Assembly (NCBI RefSeq): GCF_009914755.1
Contig: NC_060927.1
Source of the DNA: the human T2T-CHM13v2.0 reference genome, Homo sapiens
Reading direction: 5' to 3' (one strand)
Length of the DNA stretch: 64,000 bases
Position 1 is the first letter of the stretch, and the number at the start of each line of letters is the position of its first letter. The notes under the pieces are model-generated. The model was not told the origin of the DNA, ran no database searches, and was given only the letters and a program-made list of their open reading frames with translations. The position numbers and the translations under genes are program-made. Shown piece by piece: positions 28,256-41,460 of this stretch.

Positions 28256-31074
28256 TATTGTTCCCACCCATTGCCAGGACAGATTCCATTGTGTTATGAT
28301 TTATGCTCCTGCCGGTCCCTCTTTTTTAAATTGTAAGTCCTCTGAGGTCTAGGACCATGGCTTATTTGTCATTCTATTCCCCAGGCCCAGAAGAGTGCTT
28401 GGTACCCACTGAGGACCCAGTACCTGCCAGAAGGACTGGATTCATGCCTGCATGGGCAGGTAGAGACAAACGCTGAGGACAACGGCTCCCAACTTTCAGA
28501 ACTATGACAGTCCCATAAACGACATCAGTTTGTGTGCCTCCTCTGACAATGACTAATGATTCTCAGTCTCCTTGAGCACATTAAGACACGATTACATTCT
28601 GTTAGCTCAGCTCTCCTGCCTTCTAAATTAGAGTGGTGAGCACAGTTTCTCTGCTCCAGTCACGTTTTGCTGCAGCAGATTCCATTCAACCTCCTGACAC
28701 CAATTTGTGTGCTATTTCAGCATTTAGTACGAAGACAGGAAAATGGTATTCCCGCCTGTGTCCTCCAGGCAGACGGCCTGCTTTAAGGTTTAGCCATGTG
28801 ATTTGCACTTTCCGCAAGTCTAGTCTACTCGATTGAAATTCTCCTCCCGAAATTCACTCATTAAACTCTCCCATGATCCATCACTATGAAACTGATTATC
28901 ACAATGTTGTCTTTTACCATTATTAATCTTTGGAGATTGATGCTCTCTGGTGCTTCTGACTGACTTGCATGATTTTGGCTATTAATCTTTATCTCAATCA
29001 AATAATTTACTGTTTTAACTTGGAAGGTCTTGCTGCTCCTGAGATTGAATCGTATCAGCTTTTATGGCTTCACAGTAAAAGCTATTTTTAAAAATCTCAC
29101 AAACGTTTGGGTTTGCAAACAAAGTCTACTTCCAAAAATTTCTGAACACTGTTATTTCCCTGAGCCCATTCCAAACACTATAGTCTCTCCCCGTTTTTGT
29201 CCTTTCTCCACCTTCATGGGGACAATTAAATGTGGTACCTGAAAAGTGACCTTCAGATGTCAAATTCCTGGAATATGACAGTGGCAGCCATTGGAGTGCT
29301 CTTTGCAGACCTCCTACTGTAAGTGTCATAACTGACTGAAGGTCCCAGCCACTGCAACTTGGAATCCATCATGGGTTTGCAACAGGACCACACCTTCTAC
29401 CAACTACTCCTTGCAAATAACTGAGAGTGTCACAGTTATCCTGAGTCTAAAAGTTATTTTAAGTCTAAGGCAGACCCATTCCTGGAAGATAAGAGACATA
29501 TTTGTCCATGAATTTTGGTTCTCTCCCATGCCTGGTGACAAAGGTACACACCCTACCTTCTCTCCTCTCTGGCTCACTTGGGGTCAGATTTCAGCATGAA
29601 CTGATTGCTCTCCCTAGTCTACCCCAGCTTCCTCCCAATGATCCAGACTAACACGACTCCTTTCCCATCTTTGACCAGATCAAGACCTGACTGCACATGG
29701 AGAATTTAACTTTAAAGGGAAATGGTATTGGGGAGGTGGGAGAAATAGGCAAATCAAAAATCAGTATTCTCTGAAGAAGAAAATGGAACCAGTGAAATTA
29801 CTAATGGAATGAAATGGAAATAATTTCTAAGACAGAGCATGTGGCGTTTGTTATTTTATTAAGCCCACTTAGTTTAAGGTTTAATATGTTCATTAGAATG
29901 TATTCATATACTTCTCAAATAGTTGGGAATCAAGGCAGGGAAAAGACATGACAAATACACTAAAACAGGGAGGGTGTGAAGATGTATTCTGCATTATTCT
30001 GCAGATAATCATGTGTTTTGGATTCTGTATCTCAAAAGTAGGTTTTTAAAAGTTAAGATATATAAACTATTTACAGGCTTGTGTGATAATAATAGAGATA
30101 TAACGAGAAGGAGATGATGTTCATTAAGAAGACTGAGTTTCAAGAGACAGAACTAACTCCAATTCATGATAATTTTAGACAGTGAATTGCAAGGAGAGCT
30201 GATATTTACTTTTTCTCCCCCAACTTTCTTTTGGGGGTTTAGGGGCTGGGCAATAACAATTTCAGTAAATTGACTGCACTGTAATAGGTACATACAAATG
30301 CGTGTTGTCAAAACTTGTCTAGTTTTCAAACTAAAACAATTATTACTGAAAATGTGAGTGTTTGAAAACAAAGTACTAACAGACTAATATTATTCACAGT
30401 GATGACTTAGATATATAAATCTTCAAATTTACACACAATGCTTTCACACAGTTGTCACATTTACCCTTCTCTGTGTGATCTATCTCTAAAGAATGCCTCA
30501 AAGTAGAAAAAGTGAAATCAGCTCCCCATTTTATGGATGAAAAAATTGAGACTCAGAGTAGTAACTCACCCAAGAGCAAATGGCTGACAGGTGGTGCTAA
30601 AACCATCTGGAACTCCATGGCTGTGGCTGTTACTTCTCTTGCTGTTCTTGCTATGACCTTCTTAGGACCAAGTGTGGCAGGCACACATCATAGATTCAGA
30701 CAGACCTTGAATGTGTGATCTGGGGAAACTGAGGACTTGCTGAGCTTTCGTCTCCTTGCCTTTCCTATCTTTTCCTGAGGTACAGTGTGTGGGAGCACAG
30801 ATGACAGGATCCCAGGAGACCCAAATGAGAGAAGGAGACCATTTTGTTTTGGTGGTAAAGCAGTAACACATTGATTTCAAATATTTATCCCAAATTCCTT
30901 CCCAATGAGTAGACTGTCTTTGTGGTTTATTAAGGGGGAACAAACATCCCTAGTAAACATGAATTCAGCAAATATTTATGAAGCAACTTCTCCATGATAA
31001 GCATGGGGCTAAATGTTGTGGATAAATACATAAGAGGCTGCCAGTATCTTTGGAGCTCATAGTGAGATAAGACA

Positions 31075-31270
31075 TTTCTCAAGCCGTCTTCCTCAATCAC
31101 CTGGGGAGCAAGTGAAAAGCACAGATTCATGGAACACATCCCGGTCTGACTGAATCAGAATCACTGAGGGTGATGGTGGGAGTGGGAGGGGGCAGAAATG
31201 TATGTATTGAAAACACAGACCAGCTGATTTGCTCCAATCACATCCACACAGATCAAAACTACCATACTGT
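31075..31270. mobile_element. MER5-family DNA transposon
   Basis: aatcacctggggagc...cagattc...actgaatcagaatc. Confidence 0.55.
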
Positions 31271-31553
31271 TCTATTTCCCCTATTTAGATGACTTGCATT
31301 AATTACATAAACTGATTATTTGGGGATGCATGGCTGTGACCTGACAGTAGGGAAGAAACTCAACATGGAAAGAAGTCACAATGTATAGTTCCTTACATGC
31401 AAGTGTGAGTTTTATCTTCTTCCTCCTGCAGTGCCTGTCAGAAGACTGGCTGAGTGAAAGGTTGCTCTGACAGAGGCTAGCCTGGGAGGAGGAAAACTTG
31501 AAACCTTATCTCAAATCAGCTAATAATTCACCCTGCTCTCTGGTTCATCTTGT

Positions 31554-32349
31554 TGAGAGGTGAAGCCAGCTGGACTTCCTATGTTGAGTGGGGACCTGGA
31601 GAACTTTTCTATCTAGCTAGAGGATTGTAAATGCACCAACGAGCACTCTGTGTCTAGCTAAAGATTTGTAAACACACCAGTCAGCACTCTGTAAAAACGC
31701 ACCAATCAGTGCTGTGTGTCTAGCTAAAGGTTTGCAAACGCACCAATCAGCACTCTGTGTCTAGCTAAAGGTTTGTAAACGCACCAATCAGCACTCTGTA
31801 AAAACGCACCAATCAGCACTCTGTAAAATGGACAGATCAGCATTCTGTAAGATGGACCACTCAGCAGGATCTGGGCGGGGCCAAATAAGGGAATAAAATC
31901 TGGCCACCTGAGCCAGCAGTGGCAACCTTCTGAGGTCCCCTTCCACGCTGTGGAAGCTTTGTTCTTTTGCTCTTCACAATAAATCTTACTGCTGCTCACT
32001 CTATGGGTCCGCACTACCTTTATGAGCTATAACACTCACTGTGGAGGTCTGTGGCTTCACTCCTGAAGTCAGTGAGACCACGAACCCACGGGGAGGAACA
32101 AACAACTCCAGACGCGCCACCTTTAAGAGCTGTAACACTCACTGCGAAGGTCTCCGGCTTCACTCCTGAAGTCAACAAGACCACGAACACACCGGAAGAA
32201 AGAAACTCAGGACACATCTGAACATCTGAAGGATCAAACTCTGGACACACCATCTTTAAGAGCTGTAACACTCACTGCGAAGGTCCAGGGCTTCATTCTT
32301 GAAGTCACCAAGACCAAGAACCCACCGGAAGGAATAAATTCCGGACACA
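31554..32349 (+). mobile_element. LTR12 (ERV9/HERV9) solo LTR, full length
   Basis: TG...CA ends (tgagaggtgaagccagctgg ... ccggacaca); 4-bp TSD ttgt on both sides; tandem gcaccaatcagcactctg U3 repeats; three gctRtaacactcactg U5 repeats. Confidence 0.92.
31630..31930 (+). promoter_or_regulatory. LTR12 U3 enhancer/promoter: CCAAT (NF-Y) array and AATAAA TATA-like box
   Basis: Four intact CCAAT repeats (~31700, 31741, 31782, 31807), several degenerate ones, and ggaataaaa at ~31890. Activity is inferred from family knowledge only. Confidence 0.55.
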
Positions 32350-33479
32350 TTGTGATTTGTACAGCTAGGAAGGATGGGCTGGGTGAGTGCAATATGCCCT
32401 TCCTGTGAACATGCAGAACCCAGCGAACAACTTGTAGCACTGGAAGTTGAAGGTTGGTGGTGACGAGTAGTTGAGTAGTGTTTCATGTCTAGAAAGCCAA
32501 ACCTCACAGAATGATCTCAGAAAGATAAAAATGAGTAAAATTGAAGATACTCTCCTATTGGCCAGTTAAATATATAGAAAGAGAATTTAAGAAAGAGCAT
32601 AATCCAAGTTGTCTCCCAGGAAGTGTGGATTTCATGGAATTCTCTGTTAATTCAAGCATATTTATGGAGTATCTGTTCCATGTTTATGTCAGGCGCTGTG
32701 CCAGGTGCCAGCACTGTTTGGGGATGGACCCTATTAGCATAATTCTGCAGATGAGCCCAGATTACTCATTACCTAACACCCTGGTGTTCTCTCCTCCTTC
32801 CTGGGAAAGCAGAAAGAGAAGGTTGGACTATGCAGAGTGGTGGCGGCGGAGCATCAGTTGAGCTCTTCTCTGCATGAAGCCCGCACCTTCAAAGGTAGAA
32901 CTCACTTCCCATCAGAGAAGCCACGTGTATATGGATTCAAACTAAAAGCTTTCTATCATATTGCCTTTTAACATTTCTTGCGGCTTTTAGAAAGGGGAGA
33001 GAGAATCGGATTGGGTGACAACACTTCTAATGGAGTCTTTACTTTTGATGGTTTCTGAAGGAAAAAATCATTGTACATGCTCGCTATGAAATGCTTTCTG
33101 TCTTGGAATGTCAGTTGGCTTTTTTTTTAGTCACAGAGACTCATTTACAGCACTGTGATCCCGGGCTCTGGAGCAGGTGGACCGAGGGTTCCAAGATCAT
33201 TTGGCATGGCCTCTGCCGTGTGCTGAAATTTAGGAGGGATGGTTCCCAGGCAACACCGTACTACAGAAGAGTCCCACAGTGGTTCTAACTCTAAGTGGGC
33301 TAGCATATGACCAAATAACTAACCAGTCTCTTATTGCTGGGTTGATTCTCTGTCCAGCTGTCCAGAACCCTCTTGCTACCCCCACCTCCACTGAGTCTCT
33401 GGGAGAGTTTGATCAACTTTGCCTTGTTTCCAAGTTCTCTTTCGCAGTGAACATCAAACACATTTATCAACACTAATTA

Positions 33480-34700
33480 CAAAGTTATTTCTGACCCCCC
33501 GAAGAAAAGCTTAGAAAATACAAGAAAGCACAAAGAAGAAAAGCACTATTCCTCCTTTCATTTTTCTATAACAAATATTTTCCATATGATTTTTTTTCTT
33601 TTTTTCTGAATCAGGGATCTTATTGCACACACTGTGCTGTAATTACTTTTCACTCAACAGTATATCTGGAACATTTTCCCCACCTTTATATCTTTTACAA
33701 CAGGAGTTTTAGAGCTGCACGTTATTCTATTGTATTGATGTGCCTTATCCTATAGAACCATGCCCTTTTGTTAGAAGTTTAGAGAGCTTTTTTCCCCTTC
33801 TAACATTTGTCTATTATATAGAGACTATCCTTTCATTCAATTCTTTTTGCACATCTGTGATTTTTTCCCCCAGGATAAAATTTTCAAAGTGGAATTGCTG
33901 GGTTAATCAGGCCTTTTAAAGTTTTATGGGCTTGAATCATCGACAATTGTTTGAGGATACCATTGGATTAAACCCTGTGCACTGCAGATGGAGGAGGTGA
34001 TGGATTCTAATCTTTAGTGATTTGTTAGGTCAAAATGGTGTCTAATTGTTACAAAAGTTTCATTGTTTTGATAGGTAGGGATTTTCAAGTGTTTTACTCT
34101 TAGGCTCACTGAATTTTTGTGTGTTTCCCCTTATTATTTTTATTGATTACTGTTGTTTTTTTGTATTGTCCATTGTAATTAAAGTATCTTTTCATTTTAA
34201 ACTCTTAATTCACACAGTAAATTGTTCACAGGCTTTTTGTCTGACTTTGGTATTTAACAATAAGGTTTTCATTTCATTTTTATGATGCCAAATATTTTAA
34301 AAATCTTTTCCAGAATCTCTTTCTTTTTGATTCTTTCATCCTAAGAGTGAGTAAATATGCTCCTATACTCTTTTAGTTCTTTTAAGATCTAATTTATTAA
34401 AACCTGTTAATTCCCCTAAAACTTATTGGGATATATAAGAAACTTATATATATAAAACTTATTTGTCAGGAGGGATCTAAGGGCCATTTATGAAATTTCT
34501 TTTTCACTGATTTACATGCCTCCTTTGTCTATATTATGTACATATTTTAAGATTTAATTCATTTTCTATTTTTTTCTGCCTACCTACTTTTAGGTCAATG
34601 CAATCGTTTTAGTTACTATGACTTTTAAATAGTTCATATTCCCTTGGGTTTTTTTTCTTTTGATTTTGAGAGTATTTCTTAATTTCTACCTTTATTTCTG
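33480..34700 (-). mobile_element. Highly decayed L1M(E) fragment
   Basis: T-rich; cttttcactcaacagtatatctggaacattttcc, gctgca...tattctattgtat, aaagtggaattgctgggt. Confidence 0.55.
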
Positions 34701-35537
34701 CTTTTTAATGTGTGACTTCTCTCCTCCGATTATATAGGTGAATGATTTTTATAAATGTTCCCAGAGTGCTTAAGCCTTCATTCCCAGCTGATTCACCCTC
34801 ATATTGTCCTAACTCACACCATGTAAGGCTTCTGTTTCAGGCCAGGGGCCTCTACTAAGTGCCAGTTAATACATATTAATGTGAAACATGAATAATTGTT
34901 AATTATCATTTCTCTTACACTTTTTTAAAAAAAATCCTCTCCATTCTTACTATATTTCTAGCCTTCTCTCTCTTCCTAATTGTACCATGTTTGTCTCTCC
35001 ACCTATACAGTTAAATATCCCAGACTCTTGAAGGAGATATACTTTCCCAAGTTGGATTATATTTCTTTTTTCATCCTATGGGAATTGGAAAGTACCCATG
35101 TGTTCTCAAACTTTCTCTAAAGACCCAAAAGATATAAATCTGAGCAGTAATCTCAAGCTATAATTTGCCATGCAGTTCCATTTGATCTCAGCAGAGAGAA
35201 ACAAATACTGTTCTCCTAGGTCCACTTCCCTGATGAGTGTCTCGGTGATCTATGCTAGAAACCACCATCTCCTTGACTATAGGGGTCATGTACAAAGGAA
35301 ATGTATTTCTTTCCAGCTTCCCTCCACAAGTTGAAAGACAGATTTTACATTAGAATATAATGTAACACTGTTGGGGGCCTACAATAAATTAAAAAGTTAG
35401 CAAATAGGATTTGCAAGTAAGTTTTCCATCCCTTTAGTTTCACATTTCCCCCGACACTCGACTTTTCAGTGTCCCAGAGTGTCTATCACTGTTGGGTTTC
35501 TCTTAGATGCTGTGAGTTAATGCAGAAATGATCTAAG

Positions 35538-36015
35538 AAGCAATGTGGCATCGTGGTTAACAGCAGGGGTTGGTAAGTTGGTTCTGTAAAAGGCAGATAA
35601 TAAACGTTTTTTGCTTTACGAGTGATACTCCCTGTTGCAACTACCCAACTGTCATTGTAGTGAAAAATAATCATGCACAATATGTAAATAAATAAGTATG
35701 GCTGTGTTTCTACAGAACTTTTTACTGAAATGGGTGAGGAGCTGCATTTGGCTCATGGGATGTAGTTTGCTGCTCCCCAATTAACATTGCAGGTTTTGCG
35801 GCCAGCTTGCATGTTCTGGCTCTGTTCCTCACTTTCTAGGTCCACAATGTTAGGTAAGTTTCTTAGCCTCCCTGTGCCACAGCACTACATCCATAGAGTG
35901 AGGATAATTATAGAATTTACTGTAAAGGGTCGTTATGAGGCTTGAATGAATTCATGCAAATAAACCCCTTAGAATTTATGTGCCGGGAACATCATAAGCC
36001 CTAAACTAAGTGTTT
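35538..36015 (+). mobile_element. MIR interrupted by MER58A
   Basis: gtggttaa before the MER58; ggtaagtttcttagcctccctgtgcc...gttatgagg after it. Confidence 0.55.
35564..35779. mobile_element. MER58A hAT DNA transposon
   Basis: caggggttggtaa ... tgtagtttgctgctcccc ends; degenerate 8-bp TSD gttaacag/attaacat. Confidence 0.8.
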
Positions 36016-37106
36016 AATGTTGTTTTCACTAGAGACCAGTATACTTCATAGATCATAGATAAATTTGTCAGGAGAAGAACATTTTAAGCTAGTTTTAAAT
36101 GCGTTATTAATAAACCCTTCCTTTTCTCTTAATTTCTATTGTTTAGACCTTGGATCCACTCCCAGCCCTCCCAGCATCACATCTTAAAATGTGAATGAAA
36201 AAGTCTAACTGCTGCTTGCTGGTGTTTTATTTCCCAAAGAGAAAATCACAGAGGCAACAGCAGTCTTCCCGGGGTACATTATAACACAGAAAACAAGGTC
36301 TGCTTTGTTATGGCTACAGAGAAGCTCATCCCATACATTTCTTTTCACATGGTTTGCCAGTCCAGATCTATTTACTCCATGGCTTCCTGGCTAATTATTT
36401 CCAGCATGGCACTGATTGAGCTGTTAATAAAGTGTGAAGGTGCCTTGCAGATATATTCTCAGCCTTAAAGAAGCGGATCTGTGTTGCAAACTGCAAACTG
36501 CTGTGTCCTCCGATCCCCCCAATATTCTGGTGATAGCATCTCCAATTGTAAAATTAATCAAACCTTTCTCAGTGACAGAAATGTTAATTTAAAATTTTTG
36601 TCACAATTACCGAGAGTGTTATTGCAGCTTCTGACTTGTAATTAATTTCTTCTTCCTTCTCTCCATCACTGGGTTAGACTCCTTTGTAATAGTGATAAAT
36701 GAAATAGCTGCCTGACCTTTTTTTTATTTAAAATAAATTACTTTACAAGAAAAAAATTACCTTCAGGTAATCAACACCTTCAGATAAACAGGGGAACATG
36801 GGACGTAAGGTACTTTATTGTTTCTCTCTCTCTTTCTCCCTTTTTAATTTGTGTGTCTTCAGTGATTGAAATGACAAATGGTGAAAGGGTGAAGTGAGTC
36901 TACTTTTATGGCCGTGTTCCTGTGTGGAACTAATTTAGGTTGTGGTGTTGGTTTTTATGAGAACTGGGGAACACTAACAAAATCAGAGTATGATACTAAG
37001 GAAAAATTGTAAATTAGAATTAAAGATCACCTCAAGGGGGAAAGAGGAAGCAAAATGTTGTCTTTACTTGAGCAATAACTGGAAAGTTTAGCTCAGTATG
37101 AACCTG

Positions 37107-37263
37107 TCCCTTGCTATTCCAAGTGTGGGCTGCAGACCAGCCACATTGGTAATATCTGGGAACTTGCTAGAAATGCAGAATCTCAGGCCCTGTCACCCTA
37201 GTTGCACTAAATCAAATGAGACCCCCGTGCAATTTATATACGTACTGGAGGTTGGAAAACACC
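37107..37263. mobile_element. MER5A1-like DNA transposon
   Basis: aagtgtgg...cagaccagc...ctgggaacttgctagaaatgcagaatctcaggccc. Confidence 0.7.
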
Positions 37264-39163
37264 ATGGGCCCAGATTTAGAGTTGGAATGTCTGTGGAGGC
37301 AGTTACAAGTGAGGCTTGTCAACAAATAGCAAAGCTCATGGCATACCACCACTGTGCGAAGAGTAAGAGAACCACTGTGCATATTTGAAATTAAGAACAT
37401 GCACAAGGGATGAAAAAGGATACTTAGAAATAGGAATTGCTTTTCTAGTCCCCCTGCAAGAGGGCCAGATTTGGTACAACTATCAGAATTGTCAGCTTTT
37501 GAAGGGCAGGAACTGTTCAGCTGTATCACAGTAGGAGGTCACCAAACATCTGACTGAGTTTGCAGAAAGAGTAATGGAATCGACTAGACCCCATGGTAAA
37601 AATCCAAAGCAGTTGGTTGAAAGATGTAAAATGCTTTCGTAGCGCAAGTGGGTTTGTTTGTTTAGCTAGAGTAATTGTGGTAGAATGAATGAGGATTTCC
37701 TGCTTCTTGAAATTGAATGATGGGGAATGAAAGAACATTTCCTGGCTGAGGTGCTAGAGACTAAGAACGACATGTAGGTGTAGAAACATTTATTGTGGAC
37801 CTATGACAGTGATATGGCCTCCACCCTGGAGCAACTCATAGAGTCTGAGACATGGTAGGGCAACAGACTTAGTTTCTTTCTGGGACTCACTTTATCACTT
37901 CCTTTGGAATACATGGCTTTTCTCATTAATCATTTGGAATACATGACATTTAAGCTAAATATAGAGCTTAAATATTGGATTAATAATTAATATTTAGCTT
38001 AAATGTTTACCTCCAGATCTCAGCAGAAGTAAAGCTAATGAAGAGTAGTGCAATCCTGGGCCACATTCACATAAATTTGGACAGATTGGGACTTCATGAC
38101 ATTACTAGAAGTGTGCTTATTTGTCATGTTGCTATTAATAATCAAAGCAGTTAAAAATGCTGGCTTTTAAAACCCCATCCTCAGCAGAGTTTTGTGAATA
38201 AGGATTACATGTGCAATGTTTTTCTAGGGGAAGCAAGACTGGCTTGGGATCTTTGTTGTGAAACCCTCTGTCAAAATTAATTAAGTGAATCGTGTAATTA
38301 AAATTTATGCATCTAGATGGCCCCCAATGGCTTGTTTCTTAATATGGGATTAGTTCTGAAACATCTGAAATAGCAACAAAAAGACTAAATGGCATTTTTT
38401 GAGATAAAACTTAAAGCAGCTAAAAAACATTTGATTTAAGTGTATCTTAATGGCAGTTTTGGTTAGTATGGGATACTTCCCTCCTTTCAACTTTTATCGT
38501 ATTAGGTGTAAATCCTCAGATTGGGGGCTCTAGAGACAACCTGGTATTATTTTAAAAACTAGGCCACATCACAAACAAACTTATTACAGGTGGCGAAGCT
38601 GGCAGGAGATAATTACCAGCCCCTGGGTTCACACGGAGGCACTCGCCGGCAGATTGGGTTCCTCTGGCCCTTGATAAACAGAGTTATCACTAAAATACAC
38701 ATGCTGGTGAATATATTATTTCATTCACCAAATAGAGATTTCAAATGACTTTGTAACACGCCAAATTAGGTTAATTATCTTATAAGAGTGTTTTGGAAAA
38801 ACTCTAAATGTGCTGTAATGAGGCTGCAGAGGCCTTGGTATAAGCCGGCCTTTAAAAAACTATTTATTTAAAACTTATGTTTTGCTCCTGCCTTCTTTAT
38901 TTCTCCTTGCCTTGAAGGGCTCCCAGAGAGTGTTCCTTGTGGCAACATTTTTTCCTCCAGCCCAGTGCCGCTTTCACAGAGACCAAGACCCTATCAGAGT
39001 TTTACCCCTCCTACCTCACCCGTGGTAACCCACCACGTGTCCTGGGAGCTGTTCTAAGCCAGGACTCAAGCATTTCGGGTTCTTGAGAATTGCCACCCAT
39101 TTGTCATCTTGATGTTTTGATAAAGACATCTCTGTTCAGCAGGGAGCCTCATAAGGGCAGAAG

Positions 39164-39807
39164 TGTTATCGGTGGAGGGTCTTGACTACGTACTGTCCAA
39201 GTCCTTGGCGTTTTGAACAAAGAATTGAACAAAACGCACAACGTAGCGGAGAAATGAAAAGGAGGAACAAAGCAGAGAAAGCAGGAATTTATGAAAGCGA
39301 GAAAGCACTCCACAGGGTGGGAGTGGGCCCCAGCAAGCGGCTCGAGGGCCCAAAGTTTTCTGGGCTTTAAGTACCCCATTTGAAGTTCTTATCAGCTACC
39401 CGTTATCTGGATGAAGGATTTGGCCTGTGGCTAATTAAAGGCTGAAGTGAATTGGTGCCCTATGCAAATGAAGGGCTGGTCCCTGCTTGGCCCTGCCAAT
39501 CCAAGGCACTCTCCCTTTCCATCCGAGCCATGGTAGAGTGAGAGGGCTGTAAGGAAAGTAGCCTTTGATCCTTTGCTACTCCGCTGGGGAGATGGGGTTT
39601 TTCCTTTAGGTTCAGCTTTAGAAGGTGTTAATAGGCCTTAGGTTTCCTGCCCCCAGACCCAGATGTTGTCCTTTTGATCCAGCTTTGGGAAGTCAGTAGA
39701 ACTTGGCCTTAGATTCTCTGCCCCCAGACCTTGGTGTTTTCTCTTTTAGGAAGTCAGCACAAATTGGCCTTAAGTTCTCTGTCTCCAGACCCTATTCTCC
39801 TGCCTCA
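39164..39807 (-). mobile_element. MER51-like ERV1 solo LTR
   Basis: Minus strand begins tgaggcaggagaatagggtctggag; three internal ggcctta...cagacc repeats; 4-bp TSD gaag/ggag. Confidence 0.8.
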
Positions 39808-39999
39808 GGAGCTGGGTTGTGTTTATCAGAGAATCCTAGCATGGGGTGCAGGCTTGGGAAACAGGCTGCAATAATACCTGTCCAATGAATGAATGGAAGA
39901 TGATGAAATCTATCCTGTCACCAGAATGTAGTTGGCATTCAGAGCTGGTGGAATGAGTGAACTCTGAGACTTCTCAGCTTAGAATTCCCTGACTCTCCT

Positions 40000-40478
40000 T
40001 TCTACAGGATAGAGACAGAACTTTCTCATATCACCTTCAAGGTCTTCCTGGGCCCCTTTCATGTCACTTCCCACCTTATATTCTCAAGTTTAACCACATT
40101 GAGATTTTCAGGACCTTGAAAGCATCCAGTCTCTTTGCCGTTAGAGTTCCAATACACTTTTTCCTTTACTTGGAATAAGTACCTAACTTCCATCACTACC
40201 CTTTACATTCTGTTGCTGGTTAATGCCTCCCTTCACAATTTGCTTTGATATTACTTCTCTGGGAAGCCCCTCTGAGCTCCCAAGACTGATTCAGGCATCC
40301 ATTTTTTTCTATAACATCTCATACCTGCTCTGCACCCCCAAATTACTTGATACTTTCATCTCAAAAACTGTGAAATCATTTAGGACAGACATTGCACCTG
40401 TCTCGTTTACTGTTTGATTCCCAGCCCCTAGCAGAGTATCCCGCACACAGCAGGCACTCAATTTGTGTTGAAAGAATA
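40000..40478 (+). mobile_element. L2 3' fragment
   Basis: cttctctgggaagcccctctg...cccagcccctagcagagt...cacacagcaggcactcaatttgtgttgaa. Confidence 0.6.
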
Positions 40479-40918
40479 AGTCACCCCTGCTTGGTTGTAA
40501 GATAAGCAGATTGTCATCAACACAGAGAACAAGGCTTCAGATTTAATGACCTCATTAACAGTGGAAGATTAATGCTGGAAGAACCCTCCTGAAAAAGGGT
40601 TGAGATATGTATGAATTGGAGATCCTGCCATTGCGGCAGCTGAGAAACATCTTTGTCCTGTGGGAGCAGCACTATGTCCTGAGGAGCGGCTTCCTGGAGG
40701 ACTTGCTATTGGGTATGTCAGGGCCCCAGGCTTTTTGAGTTATACAGAACTCTAGTACCTGAAGGGCCAGGGTTCTTTGAAGTCTGCAAAGTCTTGGAAT
40801 TAAATGAGAAATGATGTGTGTGAGTGGCAGAGGTTGCCCATCCATCTCCAAGTATCTCCCCACCCTTCCTCTCCCATTCCCCAAGAAATAGAATTTCAGT
40901 TTTGCCTGCTTACCTCCC

Positions 40919-41185
40919 TTTTTTTTTTTTTTTTTTTGAGATAGAGTCTTCCTGTGTCGCCCAGTCTGGAGTGCAGTGGTGCGATCTAGGCTCACTGCAA
41001 CTTCTGCCTCCTGGGTTCAAGCAATTCTCGTGCCTCAGCCTCCTGAGTAGGTGTGATTACAGGTGCACACCACCACAGCCAGCTAATTTTTGCATTTTTA
41101 GTAGAGACAGGGTTTCACCATTTGGCCAGGCTGGTCTTGAATGCCTGGCCTCAAGAAATCTGCCCTGCCTCAACCTCCCAAAGTG
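40919..41185 (-). mobile_element. Alu (AluSz/J-like), missing ~30 bp of its 5' end
   Basis: Poly-T, both monomers, ends at cctcccaaagtg. Confidence 0.9.
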
Positions 41186-41460
41186 TCTCCTCATTTTTAT
41201 ATAGCAAAAGGTACAAGGAATTGCCTAAATTCCTCTGTTGGTGAGGGATTCTGAATGCTTTAGTCTTAGAGATCTTAGAGTATATAGAATATTTCATTTT
41301 ACCCATTGGCTTTACTACTGGAAAATCCTTTGCTGGATACATGTGAGAACTTATTTCAATCAGTATATCCAGGAACATCTCTAAGTTTGTAGAGTTGCCT
41401 GGAAAATAAGAAAATGTAGCAATTGCTGGCATTTTCTGGGCATTTCTTATGTTGTAAATA

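Noticed and set aside
31630-31870. Regularly spaced repeats resembling a CRISPR array
   Set aside because: These are LTR12 U3 tandem repeats with no unique spacers, in eukaryotic DNA with no cas genes.
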